A stretch of 64,000 nt of DNA from Myxococcales bacterium (GCA_020633335.1 JACKDU010000002.1:506730-570729), one strand, 5' to 3'. Positions 1 through 9,987 are shown, counted from the stretch's first letter. The notes: generated from the letters alone by a model not told the origin. Program-made: numbers and translations.

Positions 1-1
1 C

Positions 2-157
2 CGGAAGAACCGCCGCCTCGCCGACTTCAAGCGGATCTCCGGCTACCTGATCTGGGAGCACGAGTTCCCGCGGACCGCCTCGCAGAAGCTCCGCCGCCCG
101 GCCTTCGCCGAGGCGATCCGCGAGCGCGCCGATCGCAGCGAGATCCAGGATCTCTAG
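2..157 (+). CDS. 3' fragment of an AMP-dependent acyl-CoA synthetase/ligase (5' end lies outside the window)
   Basis: In-frame translation ...RKNRRLADFKRISGYLIWEHEFPRTASQKLRRPAFAEAIRERADRSEIQDL* ends at TAG 155-157. The PRT.SGKI/L.RR-like tail is typical of long-chain fatty-acid-CoA ligase C-termini. Confidence 0.5.
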   Translation, partial: RKNRRLADFKRISGYLIWEHEFPRTASQKLRRPAFAEAIRERADRSEIQDL

Positions 158-197
158 CTAGCAGCCCGCCTCCGCGGACCGCTATCATCCGACCCCC

Positions 198-1109
198 ATG
201 GCCACCCACCTCGCCATCGTCAATCCCGCCGCCGGCGGCGGAGCCTCCGGCAAGCGGGCCCCGCAGGCGCTCCAGCGCCTCCGCGACGCCGGCCTCCAGA
301 TCGAGGTCCAGGAGACCCGGGCGGCCGGCGACGGCGCGAAGATCGCCCGCGCCGCCTACCAGGCGGGGCAGCGCGACTTCATCGCGGTCGGCGGCGACGG
401 GACCTCCTTCGAGGTCCTCGCCGGCCTCTTCGGCGACGAGGACCCGCGGGGGCGCGCCCCCGAGGATCGGCCCCGCCTCGGCTTCCTCCCCCTCGGCACC
501 GGCAACTCCTTCCTCCGCGACTTCAGCGATCGCGGGGCCGAGTACGCGATCGAGTCGCTGATCGCCGGCCGCGCCCGCGACTGCGACGTGATCCGCCTGA
601 CCCATGCGGGCGGCGTCGTCCACTTCATCAACATCTTCTCGATCGGCTTCGTCGCCGACGTCGGCGCCCTCCGCAACAACCGCTTCGCCTCCTTCGGCGA
701 GCTCGGCTACGTGATCGGGGTGATCGTCCAGACCGCCGGCCTCCACTCCTACGTCTTCCCGATGCGGGTCGACGACGGGCCCGAGGACCGCGGCGAGATG
801 ACCTTCTTGTCGGTCAACAACAGCCGCTTCACCGGCGGCAAGATGATGATGGCCCCGAGCGCCGACACCGGCGACGGCCTCCTCGACATCATCCGGGTCG
901 GCGCGCTGAGCCGCCTCTCGCTCCTCCAGACCTTCCCGAAGATCTTCAAGGGCACCCACATCCACAACCCGGCGGTGACCACCGCGCAGGCGCGGGTGAT
1001 CGACTTCGACATCGACCGGCCGATCGCCTGCATGATCGACGGCGAGATGCTCGACCTCCAGCCCCGCCGCCTCGAGGTGCTGCCGGGGGTCCTCCAGGTA
1101 AGGGCGTAG
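198..1109 (+). CDS. lipid kinase of the diacylglycerol-kinase catalytic-domain family (YegS/BmrU/sphingosine-kinase-like)
   Basis: 303 aa. N-terminal AIVNPAAGGG and the GGDGT motif (FIAVGGDGTSFEV) are diagnostic of the DAGK_cat fold. The family includes sphingosine and ceramide kinases. Confidence 0.75.
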   Translation: MATHLAIVNPAAGGGASGKRAPQALQRLRDAGLQIEVQETRAAGDGAKIARAAYQAGQRDFIAVGGDGTSFEVLAGLFGDEDPRGRAPEDRPRLGFLPLGTGNSFLRDFSDRGAEYAIESLIAGRARDCDVIRLTHAGGVVHFINIFSIGFVADVGALRNNRFASFGELGYVIGVIVQTAGLHSYVFPMRVDDGPEDRGEMTFLSVNNSRFTGGKMMMAPSADTGDGLLDIIRVGALSRLSLLQTFPKIFKGTHIHNPAVTTAQARVIDFDIDRPIACMIDGEMLDLQPRRLEVLPGVLQVRA

Positions 1110-1117
1110 GTAGAACC

Positions 1118-1933
1118 ATGAGCGCGCTGAAAAAGATCCCGCAGGCGGCCTTCTCGACCGCGGTCTGGACCACCTCGTTTGTCTGGATGGGGGCCGTCGC
1201 CACCACCTGGGCGGTGAGCGGGATCTTCGTCTCGCCGCGCAAGACCCACAACTACATCGGCGGGCCGGGGATGGCCGCGGTCCTCAAGATCACGCTCAGC
1301 GACATCGAGGTCATCTACCACCCCGACTTCGATCCCGAGCGCCGCTCGGTCTTCTGCCAAAACCACGTCAACCTCCTCGACGCCCACGTCGCCTGCAAGT
1401 CGATCCCCCACGCCTTCTGCGGGCTGATGAACGCCTGGCAGTTCCACATCCCGGTCTACGGCTGGATCATGAAGCTCGCCGACGGGATCCCGGTGCCCAA
1501 GGGCCAGGGCCGCTTCCGATCGATCGCCGAGGCGGCCAAGGATCGGGCGGCCAAGGGGATCTCGATCCTCGCCTTCCCGGAGGCCCACCGCACCCTCGAC
1601 GGCGAGGTCCGCGAGTTCAAGAAGGGCGTCTTCCTGATGGCCAAGATGGCCGGCCTCCCGGTGGTCCCGCTGGCCGTCCACGGGATGCGCGACCTGATGC
1701 AGAAGGGCTCGCTCCTGGTCAAGCCGGCGAAGATCAAGGTCTTCGTCGGGCCCCAGCTCGACACCGCGGGCCTCAAGGCGAAGGAGCTCGACGCGCTGGT
1801 CGCCAAGACCCAGCGGATCGTCGCCGACTTCGTCCGCACCGGCGAGGTCCCGAGCGACGAGGTGATCAAGGCGCCGCTGCGGCCCGCCTCCGGGGGCGAC
1901 GCGCCCGAGACCTCCGAGGCCTCGGGCTCCTGA
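1118..1933 (+). CDS. lysophospholipid acyltransferase (PlsC-like 1-acyl-sn-glycerol-3-phosphate acyltransferase family)
   Basis: 271 aa. HX4D acyltransferase motif NHVNLLD and the FPEAHRT (FPEGTR-like) motif. An N-terminal hydrophobic segment is present. The gene lies 9 bp after the kinase, so the two are probably co-transcribed. Confidence 0.75.
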   Translation: MSALKKIPQAAFSTAVWTTSFVWMGAVATTWAVSGIFVSPRKTHNYIGGPGMAAVLKITLSDIEVIYHPDFDPERRSVFCQNHVNLLDAHVACKSIPHAFCGLMNAWQFHIPVYGWIMKLADGIPVPKGQGRFRSIAEAAKDRAAKGISILAFPEAHRTLDGEVREFKKGVFLMAKMAGLPVVPLAVHGMRDLMQKGSLLVKPAKIKVFVGPQLDTAGLKAKELDALVAKTQRIVADFVRTGEVPSDEVIKAPLRPASGGDAPETSEASGS

Positions 1934-2073
1934 TCCTTCGGACAGGTGGGCCTCGGGCCCCCCTGGACATGCTGGACAGCCTGGACATCGGGAGCGCGCG
2001 CGGGCGCGCGGGCGCACCGGCGCCGATGGCGCGCCATGGATAGGCGCCCCACCGCCGGCTATCCTCGGGTGTC

Positions 2074-3216
2074 TTGCCCGGCCTCCCCCGCGCCCGCTCG
2101 CTCGTCCTCGCGCTCGCCGCCCTCGGGCTCGGCTGCAGCGACGATCGCGTGGTCGTCAACCTCTGCAACGACGGGGTGATCGACGCCGACCAGGTCTGCC
2201 TCGGGAGCCCGCCTCGGGCCTACACGATCGGCCTCGACCCGATCGCCCTGCGGGTCGCCGACTTCGATGACGACGGCCTCGCCGACGTCCTGGTGACCGG
2301 GCTGGACGCCGAGGGCGTCAGCGGCGAGCTCCGCCTCAGCGAGGGCGTGAGCCTCGGCGAGGCGATCGACCCCGGCCTCTACGGCTGCTCGGCCCACCCG
2401 GTGAGCGGCGACGTCGACGGCGACGCCTTCGTCGACCTCCTGGTCGCCACCTGCGAGCCCCAGCTCCTCCTCTTCCACGGCGGCCCGAGCGGGCGCCTCA
2501 GCGGCCCCGACGTGATCGGCCTCCCGGTGATCCCGCGGATCGCCGCGCTCGTCGATCTCGAGGGCGACGGCGACGACGACCTCGCGGTCCTCGGGGACGA
2601 CGACGCGCTCCACGTCCTCGTCGCCGACGCGCCCGGCATCTTCGCCGCCGGTCCGGCGACGACGATGGGCGGCCTCGGACCCCAGGGCTTCGCCCTCGTC
2701 GACGCCGATAGCGACGGCCTCGCCGACCTCGTCCTCCTCAGCGAGGCCGGGCTCCTCTACGGCCGCGGCGAGGGCGGCGGCGCGTTCGCTCCCCCGAGCG
2801 CGCTCGGCGGTCCAGCGGCGCCGATCGGCCTCAGCGCGGCCGACATCGACGGCGACGGCCACATCGATCTCCTCAGCCGCGACGGCCCCGAGGGCGACCT
2901 CGTGGTGCTCCACGGCGACGGCGCGGGCACCTTCACCGAGGCCGCGCGGATCGAGGTCGACGGCGCCCTCGGGCCGATGCTCAGCGCCGACCTCGACGGC
3001 GACGGCGATCGCGAGATCCTCGCCGCGGTCGCCGACGAGCCGGCGATCGACGTCTGGCGGAGCCGCGAGGGCGGCTTCGCGCCGGTGATCCGGGTCGAGC
3101 TCCCGGTCCCCGCCGATCAGCTCGGGATCGGCGACATCGACGGCGACGGCGCCCCGGATCTGGTGGCGGCGACCTTCGCCGAGCGGACGATCACCGTCGT
3201 CCTCGCCGATCCCTAG
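2074..3216 (+). CDS. FG-GAP/VCBS-repeat (integrin-alpha-like beta-propeller) lipoprotein
   Basis: TTG start. Signal peptide with lipobox LGLGCS. At least 7 repeats of hydrophobic-DxDxDGxxDhhh (ADFDDDGLADVLV, GDVDGDAFVDLLV, VDLEGDGDDDLAV, VDADSDGLADLVL, ADIDGDGHIDLL, ADLDGDGDREIL, GDIDGDGAPDLV). Confidence 0.65.
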   Translation: MPGLPRARSLVLALAALGLGCSDDRVVVNLCNDGVIDADQVCLGSPPRAYTIGLDPIALRVADFDDDGLADVLVTGLDAEGVSGELRLSEGVSLGEAIDPGLYGCSAHPVSGDVDGDAFVDLLVATCEPQLLLFHGGPSGRLSGPDVIGLPVIPRIAALVDLEGDGDDDLAVLGDDDALHVLVADAPGIFAAGPATTMGGLGPQGFALVDADSDGLADLVLLSEAGLLYGRGEGGGAFAPPSALGGPAAPIGLSAADIDGDGHIDLLSRDGPEGDLVVLHGDGAGTFTEAARIEVDGALGPMLSADLDGDGDREILAAVADEPAIDVWRSREGGFAPVIRVELPVPADQLGIGDIDGDGAPDLVAATFAERTITVVLADP

Positions 3217-3760
3217 CCGGTCGCTTGGCGAAGTTGATCGACGGCATCCCCGGCCCCTCAGCGTCCGGCGTGAAGCCCACGAGCGTGTAGCCCATCTTCA
3301 GCCAGAACCCCGCCGGGTGGGAGGGCGACGCGGTGAAGGTCGCAAGGGCGCCCGCGAGGTCGGCGTAGAGATCACGGCCGCTCGCGCTGGTGCCCCGCAC
3401 CTCGTCCGAGGTGCCGACGATGATCACGCCGGCGCCCTCCGCCGCGATCAGCCGCTCGGCCTCGCCGACAAGGCGCGCCCCGATCCCCTGGCCCTGGAAG
3501 CGCGGCGCGACCAGCAGCGGGTGAATCTCCCAGACATCGCCGTAGGTGTGGAAGCACGAGATCCACCCCGCGACCTCGCCCGCCGGCGAGACGGCGATCC
3601 GGGTCCGACGCCCCTCGCCGAGGGCCTCGGCGACCTCCTCGCGGGCCCGCGCAAGCGACGGCAGCCACCGCTCCGAGATCTGCGCGGCTGCCTCAAGCGC
3701 CAGCTCGGCCATCGCCTCGAGGACCGCCGGCTCCGCCGCGCTCGGGACCACGATCCGCAT
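3191..3760 (-). CDS. GNAT-family N-acetyltransferase
   Basis: 189 aa. Acetyl-CoA-binding motif RFQGQGIGARLV and the GNAT beta-alpha core. The gene is convergent with the FG-GAP gene and their 3' ends overlap. Confidence 0.65.
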   Translation of the reverse strand: MRIVVPSAAEPAVLEAMAELALEAAAQISERWLPSLARAREEVAEALGEGRRTRIAVSPAGEVAGWISCFHTYGDVWEIHPLLVAPRFQGQGIGARLVGEAERLIAAEGAGVIIVGTSDEVRGTSASGRDLYADLAGALATFTASPSHPAGFWLKMGYTLVGFTPDAEGPGMPSINFAKRPARDRRGRR

Positions 3761-3860
3761 CGCCCCTCTTCATAGCGAGCGCCGGGCCCCCCGTCCACGC
3801 GCGCGGGCGAGCGGCGGCGCTTGACAGCCGCGCCCGGGCCCGCTTGTTTGGCCCTCGCCC

Positions 3861-4805
3861 ATGATCGTCAGCGGCAAGCAATCCTGGCTCCGGATCATCT
3901 TCACCTACACCGGCTCGGCGATGCCGCGGATCTGGCGGCGGATCCTCTTCACGACCGCGCTCGCGTTCATCGTCAGCGAGGCCCACGCCCACCACGACCT
4001 CTTCCACTTCAACCTGACGGTCACGCCCTTCTCGCTGATCGGCCTCGCGCTCTCGATCTTCCTCGGCTTCCGCAACAACACGAGCTACGACCGCTACTGG
4101 GAGGGGCGCAAGCTCTGGGGTCGCCTGGTCAACACCTCGCGGAGCCTCGCCCGCCAGCTCCTGACCCTGGTCGGCCACCCCGGCGACGACGAGGGCGCGC
4201 GCGGGCTCGCCGACGAGGAGCGCCGCCGCCTGGTCCACCAGGTGATCGCCTACGTCCACGCGCTCCGCCACCACCTCCGCGATCAGGAGGCGCTGGACGA
4301 GCTCGCGGGGCTCCTCCCGGAGGAGCGGCGGCGGGCGCTCGCGGACGAGCTCAACCGGCCGATCGCGATCCTCCAGTGGATCGGCGACGACCTCCGCGCC
4401 CTCTGGGATCGCGGCCTCATCCACCCGATGCACCTGCCTGTCCTTGAGGCCAGCCTCACCGACCTCGCCGACATCCAGGGGGGCTGCGAGCGGATCAAGA
4501 GCACGCCGATCCCCTACTCGTACACCGTCCTGATCCACCGGATCGTCGCGGTCTACTGCCTCACCCTCCCCTTCGGGCTCGTCGACACGGTCGGCGTCTT
4601 CACCCCGGTGGTGGTGATGATGGTCGCCTACGCCTTCTTCGGCCTCGACGCGGTCGGCGACGAGATCGAGAACCCCTTCGGCACCGACGCCAACGATCTC
4701 CCGCTCTCGACGCTCGCCCGGATGATCGAGGTCAACCTCCGGCAGCGCCTCGGCGAGCGCGAGCTCCCGCCCCTCCTCACGCCCGTCGACGGGCGCCTGA
4801 GCTAG
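3861..4805 (+). CDS. bestrophin-family (UPF0187/YneE-like) ion-channel membrane protein
   Basis: 314 aa. TM helices and FRNNTSYDRYWEGRKLWGRLVN, which resembles the conserved bestrophin/YneE F..AYDRWWEAR..WG signature. Confidence 0.7.
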   Translation: MIVSGKQSWLRIIFTYTGSAMPRIWRRILFTTALAFIVSEAHAHHDLFHFNLTVTPFSLIGLALSIFLGFRNNTSYDRYWEGRKLWGRLVNTSRSLARQLLTLVGHPGDDEGARGLADEERRRLVHQVIAYVHALRHHLRDQEALDELAGLLPEERRRALADELNRPIAILQWIGDDLRALWDRGLIHPMHLPVLEASLTDLADIQGGCERIKSTPIPYSYTVLIHRIVAVYCLTLPFGLVDTVGVFTPVVVMMVAYAFFGLDAVGDEIENPFGTDANDLPLSTLARMIEVNLRQRLGERELPPLLTPVDGRLS

Positions 4806-5058
4806 CGCGCGCTCAGCCGCCGGCGAGCTGGACGAGGACGAGGGCGAGGGTCGAGGTGAAGACGCCGTAGCCGAGGAAGCGAGCCATGCCGGCGTTCAAA
4901 GCAAGCTCGACGCCGAACTCGATCATGCCGTGATCACAGCGCTTTCTCGGCGACGCGAGGAGTCGCAGGGCGCCGCGCGGCGGAAAGCGCAGCGTCGCAG
5001 GATGCGACACCTGCCGGCCGGGCCCGCGCCGCGTCGACGAAGCGCGCGAAAACGCTCG

Positions 5059-6417
5059 CTACGTGGCCGCCTCGTCGAGGAGGCGGTGGATCGCCCCGAC
5101 CACCGCCTCGGGCTCGGCGCCCAGCATCACCGGCCGGTTCTGGTGGTGGCTCGCAAACTCCGCGCGGCCCTCGTGGTAGGCCGCCTTGAACTCCGAGAAC
5201 TTGAGGCCGTGGGCGGTCGAGATCACGACCACCCGCTCGTCCCGGAGGATCACCCCGCGGGCGATCAGCTTCTCGAGGCAGGCGAGCGCGACCCCGGTGT
5301 GCGGGCAGCAGAAGAGGCCGTGGCGATCGCCGCGGGCGGCCGCGTCGGCGAGCTCCTCCTCGCTCGCCTCCTCGACCAGGCCGTCGCACTCGTGGAGCGC
5401 GCGGATCGCCTTCGGCAGCGAGACCGGCGCGCCGATCCGGATCGCCGACGCCTGGGTCGGGCCGGCGACCACCGCCTGGTAGTCCTCCTCGCGGAGCGGA
5501 TGGCCGGCGGCGCGCGCCCGCGCGAAGGCGCGGTAGAGCGGGTTGGCGCGGTGGGCCTGGCAGCAGACCAGGCGCGGCAGGCGATCGATGAGCCCGAGCG
5601 CCCGCAGCTCGACGAAGCCCTTGGCGATCGCCGAGACGTTGCCGAGGTTGCCGCCCGGGACCAACACCCACTCGGGGAGCTCCCAGCCGAGCTGCTGGAG
5701 GATCTCGACCGCGATCGTCTTCTGCCCCTCGACCCGCAGGCTGTTCATTGAATTCGCGAGGTAGAGCGTGGGGTCCTCGCTGAGGCGCTGGACCACCCGC
5801 ATGCAGCCGTCGAAGTCGGTGGCGAGCGAGCACACCAGGGCGCCATGGGCGAGCGGCTGGAGGAGCTGGGCGGCGCTGATCTTGCCCGCCGGCAGGAGGA
5901 CGATCACCGGGATCCCGGCGGCCGCGCCGTAGGCGGCGAGGGCCGCCGATGTGTCGCCCGTCGACGCGCAGACCACCGCCCGGATCGGCGCGCCGTCGGC
6001 GATCATCTGCTGCACTGACGAGACCAGCACGGTCATCCCAAGGTCCTTGAAGGAGCCGGTGTGGCTGGTCCCGCACTGCTTCACGTAGAGCTCGCCGAGG
6101 CCGATCGACGCCGCGTGGCGGGCCGCCGGCAGGAGCGCGGAGTTGCCCTCGCCGAGCGAGACGATGTGCTCCTCCGCGACGTGCGGCTGGACCAGCTCGT
6201 GCGCCGACCAGACCCCGCTCTGGAGCGGCCAGGCGCCCCCGCGGCGGCCGGCGATCCGGGCGCGCCAGCCCGCGGGATCGGCGAGCTCGCGGAGCGCCGC
6301 GAGATCGTGGGCGACCTCGAGGAGCGCGTCGCAGCGCGGACAGCGGTAGAGGATCGCGCTCAGGGGGTGCCGCTCGGGGCAGCCGCGGATGCACTGGAAC
6401 CAGGCGTTGGGCCGCAT
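5059..6417 (-). CDS. thrC: threonine synthase with an N-terminal Cys4 zinc-ribbon
   Basis: 452 aa. PLP-lysine motif HTGSFKDLGMTV and the fold-type II GDTSAALAAY and GNLGN motifs. N-terminal C..C....C..C ribbon. Confidence 0.85.
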   Translation of the reverse strand: MRPNAWFQCIRGCPERHPLSAILYRCPRCDALLEVAHDLAALRELADPAGWRARIAGRRGGAWPLQSGVWSAHELVQPHVAEEHIVSLGEGNSALLPAARHAASIGLGELYVKQCGTSHTGSFKDLGMTVLVSSVQQMIADGAPIRAVVCASTGDTSAALAAYGAAAGIPVIVLLPAGKISAAQLLQPLAHGALVCSLATDFDGCMRVVQRLSEDPTLYLANSMNSLRVEGQKTIAVEILQQLGWELPEWVLVPGGNLGNVSAIAKGFVELRALGLIDRLPRLVCCQAHRANPLYRAFARARAAGHPLREEDYQAVVAGPTQASAIRIGAPVSLPKAIRALHECDGLVEEASEEELADAAARGDRHGLFCCPHTGVALACLEKLIARGVILRDERVVVISTAHGLKFSEFKAAYHEGRAEFASHHQNRPVMLGAEPEAVVGAIHRLLDEAAT

Positions 6418-6529
6418 CGCCGCGGTTGTACCACCGGCGCCGGAGCCCGCGGGCGCTGGGGCGCGCGCACGATCGTCGCCCTGAGCCCCGCGGACCGCCC
6501 GCGGCCCCGTCCGCTATACTCCGCCGCCG

Positions 6530-9124
6530 ATGGCCGCGCTCTCCCAGCTCCGCCGCCACCTCCGCGAGCCCGAGCTCCGGCGGCGCTGGTTCCTCGCGCT
6601 CTACGCCCTCGCGCTCACCAGCCAGCCCCTGGTCGGCACCCTCGGCTACGAGAACGCGGTCGCCCTCACCCCGCCGATGGCCCTCCTCGGGGTCTTCGTC
6701 GGGGTCGACGCGGTCCGCGGCGCGGGCGGGCCGGGGCTCGACGCGATCGCCCGCCGGGCCGCCCGCGACCTCCTCGCCCTCGCCGGGACCGCCCTCGCCG
6801 TCCTCGTGGTCGCCCAGCTCTGGCACCCGAGCTGCGATCCCGGCCGCGGGCTCGTCTTCCTCGCCCTCGGCCCGCTGATCTCCGGCGCCCTCGGGGCGGT
6901 CTCGGGGATCGTCGGCGCGGTGATCATCCAGCGGCCGCCGCGGCGCTGGCTGCAGGCGCTCGCGGGCCTCGCCGCGCCGCTCTACTGCCTGGTCGTCGGC
7001 CTCCTCCGCCTCTACCTCGACCCCGCGGTCTACGCCTTCGATCCCTTCTGGGGCTACTTCGCCGGGCCGCTCTACGACGAGGCGATCGCCATTGACGATC
7101 GCTACCTGCTCTTTCGGACATACAATCTCCTGGCCGCCGCCGCGGCCCTCGCCGCCGTCCGCCTCTGGGGCGAGCGGATCCTCGCCCGCGAGGCCCAGCT
7201 CCCGGCGCTGACCCGCCTCCGCCTCCACCCCTGGGCCGGCGCGCTCCTCTGCCTCGGCCTCGCCGGCAGCGCCTGGCTCGGCCTCCAGCCCGCCCGCTAC
7301 GGCTTCCACGCGACCGTCGACGGGATCGCCGAGGTCCTGCCGGCGACCCGCCTCAGCGAGCACTTCATCGTCCACTACGCGCCGACCTCGGAGACCGCCC
7401 GCGAGATCGAGGTGGTGATGGGCGAGCTCGAATTCGCCCACTTCCGCCTCCGCGAGACCCTCGGGCGGGCGCCGCAGGGGCGCGTCGAGGTCTTCGTCTT
7501 CCCGAACCCGCAGCTCAAGCGGCGGACCGTCGGGGCCGCGACCACCGAGGTCGCGCCCCCCTGGCGCCTCCAGCTCTACCTCAACCACCAGCCCTTCCCG
7601 GCGCCGGTGATGCCCCATGAGCTCGCCCACGCCTTCGAGAGCACGATCGGCGACCGCGTCTTCGGGGTCAGCGGGGCGCTCGACCGCCGCGGCCTCCGCC
7701 TCAACCTCGCCCTCGTCGAGGGGGTCGCCACCGCCCTCGCCCCGCGCTCGCGCGACGGCCTCGACCTCCACGACACCGCCGCGGTCCTCGATCGCCTCGG
7801 CCTCCGACCTGACCTCGGGGACATCATGGGCGTGGCCTTCTGGGGGCAGGCCTCGCGGCGGGCCTACACCGCCGCCGGCTCCTTCTGCCTCTGGCTCCTC
7901 GAGACCCGCGGGGCGGGGCCGCTCATCGCCCTCTACGGCTCCGCCGGCGACTTCGAGGCCTCCTACGGCGAGCACCTCGTCGACCTCGAGGCCGAGTGGC
8001 TCGCCTTCCTCCGGGCCCGCGAGCTCCGCCCCCAGGACGTCGAGGCGATGCGCCAGCTCTTCGAGCGCCGCTCGATCTTCCAGCGCCCCTGCGCCCACCG
8101 GGCGGCCGACCTCGCGCAGGAGGCGGCCGAGGCCCAGGCCCGCGGCGACGTCGACGCGGGGCTCCAGGCGCTCGAGTCGCTCTGCGCGATCGAGCCCGAG
8201 CAGCCCGAGCACGCGATCGCCCTGGCGACCGCGCTCGCCTCGGCCGATCGCCTCGCCGACGCCGACCAGCTCCTCCACGCCGCGCTCGGGAGCGCGAGCC
8301 TCACGTCGACGCTGCGGGCGCTGGTCGACGAGCGCCTCGGCGATCTCGCGCTGATCCGCGGCGATCTCAAGGGCGCCGGCGAGCACCTCCGCGACGCCCT
8401 CGGCCGGGCCACCAGCGAGGCCCAGACGCGGACCCTCCAGGTCAAGCTCCTGGCCGCCGACGATCCGGTCCTGAGCCCCTACCTCCGCGACTACTTCATG
8501 CCCTTCGAGTCGGCGGCGATGCGGCCGACGGTGCCGCTCCGCCGCCTCTACGCCGCCCGGCGGATCGCCGAGCTGCCGACCTACGCGCCCCTCGGCGACT
8601 ACCTCACCGGCCTCGTGCTCCTCGGGATCGAGGACGCGGTCGGCGGGATCGTCCACCTCGAGCGGAGCCTCCAGCCGCGCCGCGGCGCCCTCCCCCTCCA
8701 CTCGATCGAGCTCGTCCGCTCCGCCCGGATCCACCTGGTCAACGCCCTGGTCCGCGAGCGCCGCTACGACCGCGCCGAGGAGCTCCTCGGCCTCCTCGAG
8801 GGCGAGCCCGGGATCGGCAACGGCCACCGCCACACCTACAGCGAGTGGCGGGCGCGGATCGCCTTCTTCCGCACCTACCTGCCGGCCCCGATCCCGCTCC
8901 CGCCGCTCGGGCTCCCGGTGATCCCCGACGACGAGGGCGACGACGCGGAGGGCGACGACCAGGGAGGCGAGGACGAGGTCGCCGCAGCGGCGACCGACGG
9001 CACCTTCGACGTCGCCGGCGCGCCGATCGTCGCCCCGCCGGCCGATGACCCGAGCGCGACCCACGACGTCGCCGGCGCGCCGATCACCGCGCCCGCTCCC
9101 GCGCGGCCGGACGGATCCCCATGA
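6530..9124 (+). CDS. polytopic membrane protein with a zincin-like HExxH motif and a C-terminal TPR-like helical domain
   Basis: 864 aa. About 8 N-terminal TM helices, then PHELAHAFES (HExxH), then a long alpha-helical A/L/R-rich region. The C-terminus carries the direct repeat THDVAGAPIVAPP / THDVAGAPITAPAP. Confidence 0.55.
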   Translation: MAALSQLRRHLREPELRRRWFLALYALALTSQPLVGTLGYENAVALTPPMALLGVFVGVDAVRGAGGPGLDAIARRAARDLLALAGTALAVLVVAQLWHPSCDPGRGLVFLALGPLISGALGAVSGIVGAVIIQRPPRRWLQALAGLAAPLYCLVVGLLRLYLDPAVYAFDPFWGYFAGPLYDEAIAIDDRYLLFRTYNLLAAAAALAAVRLWGERILAREAQLPALTRLRLHPWAGALLCLGLAGSAWLGLQPARYGFHATVDGIAEVLPATRLSEHFIVHYAPTSETAREIEVVMGELEFAHFRLRETLGRAPQGRVEVFVFPNPQLKRRTVGAATTEVAPPWRLQLYLNHQPFPAPVMPHELAHAFESTIGDRVFGVSGALDRRGLRLNLALVEGVATALAPRSRDGLDLHDTAAVLDRLGLRPDLGDIMGVAFWGQASRRAYTAAGSFCLWLLETRGAGPLIALYGSAGDFEASYGEHLVDLEAEWLAFLRARELRPQDVEAMRQLFERRSIFQRPCAHRAADLAQEAAEAQARGDVDAGLQALESLCAIEPEQPEHAIALATALASADRLADADQLLHAALGSASLTSTLRALVDERLGDLALIRGDLKGAGEHLRDALGRATSEAQTRTLQVKLLAADDPVLSPYLRDYFMPFESAAMRPTVPLRRLYAARRIAELPTYAPLGDYLTGLVLLGIEDAVGGIVHLERSLQPRRGALPLHSIELVRSARIHLVNALVRERRYDRAEELLGLLEGEPGIGNGHRHTYSEWRARIAFFRTYLPAPIPLPPLGLPVIPDDEGDDAEGDDQGGEDEVAAAATDGTFDVAGAPIVAPPADDPSATHDVAGAPITAPAPARPDGSP
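8990..9110 (+). repeat. direct repeat with a period of about 57 bp at the 3' end of the HExxH membrane-protein gene
   Basis: gacgtcgccggcgcgccgatc recurs at about 9008 and 9065 and encodes THDVAGAPI twice. Confidence 0.5.
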
Positions 9125-9987
9125 GCCCGCCCGCCTGGCGCTCCAGCCACCCCGGCAAGGCCGCGGCCGAGCGCTGGTACCTGATCTTCACGCCGATCTG
9201 GGGGGCGGTCGCCGGCCTGGTGATGCTCAGCGGCGCCGCCCAGGCCTGGCGCGACGCCCCCTGGGGTGACCTCGCGTACATGGCCTTTGGCGCAGGTCTC
9301 TGGATCGCCCTCCTGATCGGCGGCTACGCCCTCGCGCCGGCGAGCGAGCGGGCGCGGCCGTGGTGGCGGCGCACCCACACCAAGTTCCAGGCGTGGATGT
9401 TCATCTTCGCCTTCCTCGGCAACTACTACAGCGAGTACTTCTACGAGATCCTGCACATGCACTACGGGTTCGGGACCTCGTGGAACCTCCACCAGGTCCC
9501 CTTCTTCCTCTACCCCCTGACCGCGGTCTACTTCACGACCTACGCGACCCTGGTCGACATGGGGTGGAGGGCCCTGCGGCGCGCGCTCGGCCCGGGCGCC
9601 TCGCCGCTCGCCCAACGCCTGATCTACCTCCCGCTCTGCTTCGTCGTCGCCGGCCTCGAGACCCTCCTCAACGCCAACCCCTTCATCCACGAGCTCTTCT
9701 GCTACGACGACCTCGCCTTCGCCCTGGTCTTCGGCACCCTGATGTACGGGCTCTGGTTCGTGGTCACCGCGCCGCTATGGTTCGTGATCGACGAGCGCCC
9801 CGGCGACGACACCCCGCCCGGCCAGGCGATCCTGACCGCGCTCGCCGGCTTCATGCTCGTGCTCTGCATCAACGAGGTCGTCCGCGAGCACGTCGCGCCG
9901 CGCTTCACCGAGGTCCGCCGCGGCGCGGTCGGCCTCGACGATCACGCCGGGAGCTGCCTCGAGCGGCCGCGGCCGACCTGGCTCTGA
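9121..9987 (+). CDS. integral membrane protein of unknown function, translationally coupled to the upstream gene
   Basis: 288 aa. ATGA start/stop overlap with 6530..9124. Several TM helices and the aromatic-rich motif YSEYFYEILHMHYGF. No confident family assignment. Confidence 0.5.
   Translation: MSPPAWRSSHPGKAAAERWYLIFTPIWGAVAGLVMLSGAAQAWRDAPWGDLAYMAFGAGLWIALLIGGYALAPASERARPWWRRTHTKFQAWMFIFAFLGNYYSEYFYEILHMHYGFGTSWNLHQVPFFLYPLTAVYFTTYATLVDMGWRALRRALGPGASPLAQRLIYLPLCFVVAGLETLLNANPFIHELFCYDDLAFALVFGTLMYGLWFVVTAPLWFVIDERPGDDTPPGQAILTALAGFMLVLCINEVVREHVAPRFTEVRRGAVGLDDHAGSCLERPRPTWL

Noticed and set aside
4934-9064. 1376-aa minus-strand ORF, and similar giant ORFs at 12411..15482 (-), 24837..28136 (+), 25516..28074 (-), 28108..30318 (+), 53000..55303 (-), 53722..55749 (+), 56597..59026 (+), 14925..17054 (+) and 15025..16944 (-)
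   Set aside because: These are low-complexity Arg/Gly/Ala/Pro/Asp-rich translations lying antisense or out of frame to genes with clear catalytic motifs. They are the expected stop-codon-poor frames of a genome above 70% GC, not genes.
9121-9987. Assigning the 288-aa membrane protein to a sterol-isomerase/EXPERA-like family
   Set aside because: Only a vague aromatic-rich motif resemblance. I cannot support the assignment without a profile search.
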